From NCBI GenBank assembly GCA_030704615.1, contig CM060731.1, positions 58,652,001 to 58,716,000 on the forward strand: a stretch of DNA of 64,000 bases, read 5' to 3'. A model generated the notes under the pieces. That model made no database searches and was not told the origin of the DNA. It saw only the letters and a list, made by a program, of their open reading frames with translations. Position 1 is the stretch's first letter; every line of letters begins with the position of its first letter. The stretch comes from Takakia lepidozioides (taxonomy: Eukaryota; Plantae; Bryophyta). Position numbers and translations under genes: made by a program. Below are positions 63,301-64,000 of this stretch, one piece after another.

Positions 63301-63900
63301 GCTGTAGTGTCCTCAGCCATGTCTGTTGCCATGAGATTGTCTGATGTTAGGCAGAAAACTTCCCTGAACTTGTTTCCAGTCTGTGACATGGGGGATGACA
63401 TCTTGGATGACCTCAAGGGTCTACCCACTCTCGGCACTAGACTGAAATTTAAACTCAGGGCAGGAAGCCTACCTTTGAACAGCAAACAGAAGCAGAGAGG
63501 AAAGGGAGAGTGCAATTGCCCGTTGTGTGGGCAATCTGAAGATAGTATTCATTTTCTGATACACTGTCCGGGGTTCTCTCATCAAAGAGACGCTCTCTTC
63601 AAATCTATTAAGGGAATTGTGCCTGTACCCCTGTTTACCAACTTTGAAAGTCTCGAGGCTGAGCCAAAAGCCCAGGCCCTCCTGAGGCCTAGTTTTTGGG
63701 CAAATAACACACAGCAGATTGATGCTTGTGTGAAGGGATTTCTAGAGGATATCTGGAAAACCCGGATTAATTCTTTATATGGAGGTAAGTCTTACTACCA
63801 ACGTCAGCCCCTGACAGAGGTAGGTTCTGTCCCTTTTGTTCCCGCTCAAACTGGGCGCGGGGTCAATGGCCACAAGGCTACGGCAAACAACGTCTTATGA
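60361..63900 (+). mobile_element. Decayed APE-type LINE (clade uncertain), RT core deleted
   Basis: LATFN, CVYMP, GDFNARVG, DYI, SDH (APE); KAGGPDG; jump to RPALEYG; CPLC..EDS.HFL..C. Confidence 0.85.
60784..61178 (+). repeat. Coding tandem repeat (3 units, 124-141 bp) in LINE 5' ORF
   Basis: GQ.APKC..EGFGTLNGLPILKVYTRR..S.HGV.VP repeated. Confidence 0.9.
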
Positions 63901-64000
63901 GTACAATCTTTTTTGAGATTGCCTTGCTTGGTGCATAATATGTGAGCTTCTGCACAATTTTGTGTGCATTGTTTGCATGCCTCGTGTTTCAGCAGATTGT

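Overview
Eukaryotic, TE-rich land-plant DNA. PLS-type PPR and OSB/PDF-motif relics plus a bryophyte/fern-type MULE-SWIM relic suggest a non-seed plant (inference). The first 37 kb is a large inverted duplication (1-10951 vs 24570-37206, 13.6-kb spacer). Each arm carries a convergent pair of 3-exon CYP71-clan P450s. The right arm holds two intact genes (CYP-B 26587-29403+, CYP-A 31565-34073-); both left-arm copies are disabled. CYP-A lacks the conserved I-helix Thr. Several fragments together reconstruct a Dualen/RandI-like non-LTR retrotransposon (2A-like peptide, APE, RT, possible methyltransferase-like region, RNase H, CCHC, restriction-like endonuclease, structured 3' end). Also present: hAT-like and Tc1/mariner-like MITEs, an LTR, a long-TIR element with a 30-bp palindrome array, a 1.1-kb-arm fold-back, a disrupted cationic amino-acid transporter, an intronless PEX22 and a second decayed APE-type LINE. 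Many junctions look like local template switching. All alignments were made by eye, so boundaries are approximate unless an exact junction is quoted.
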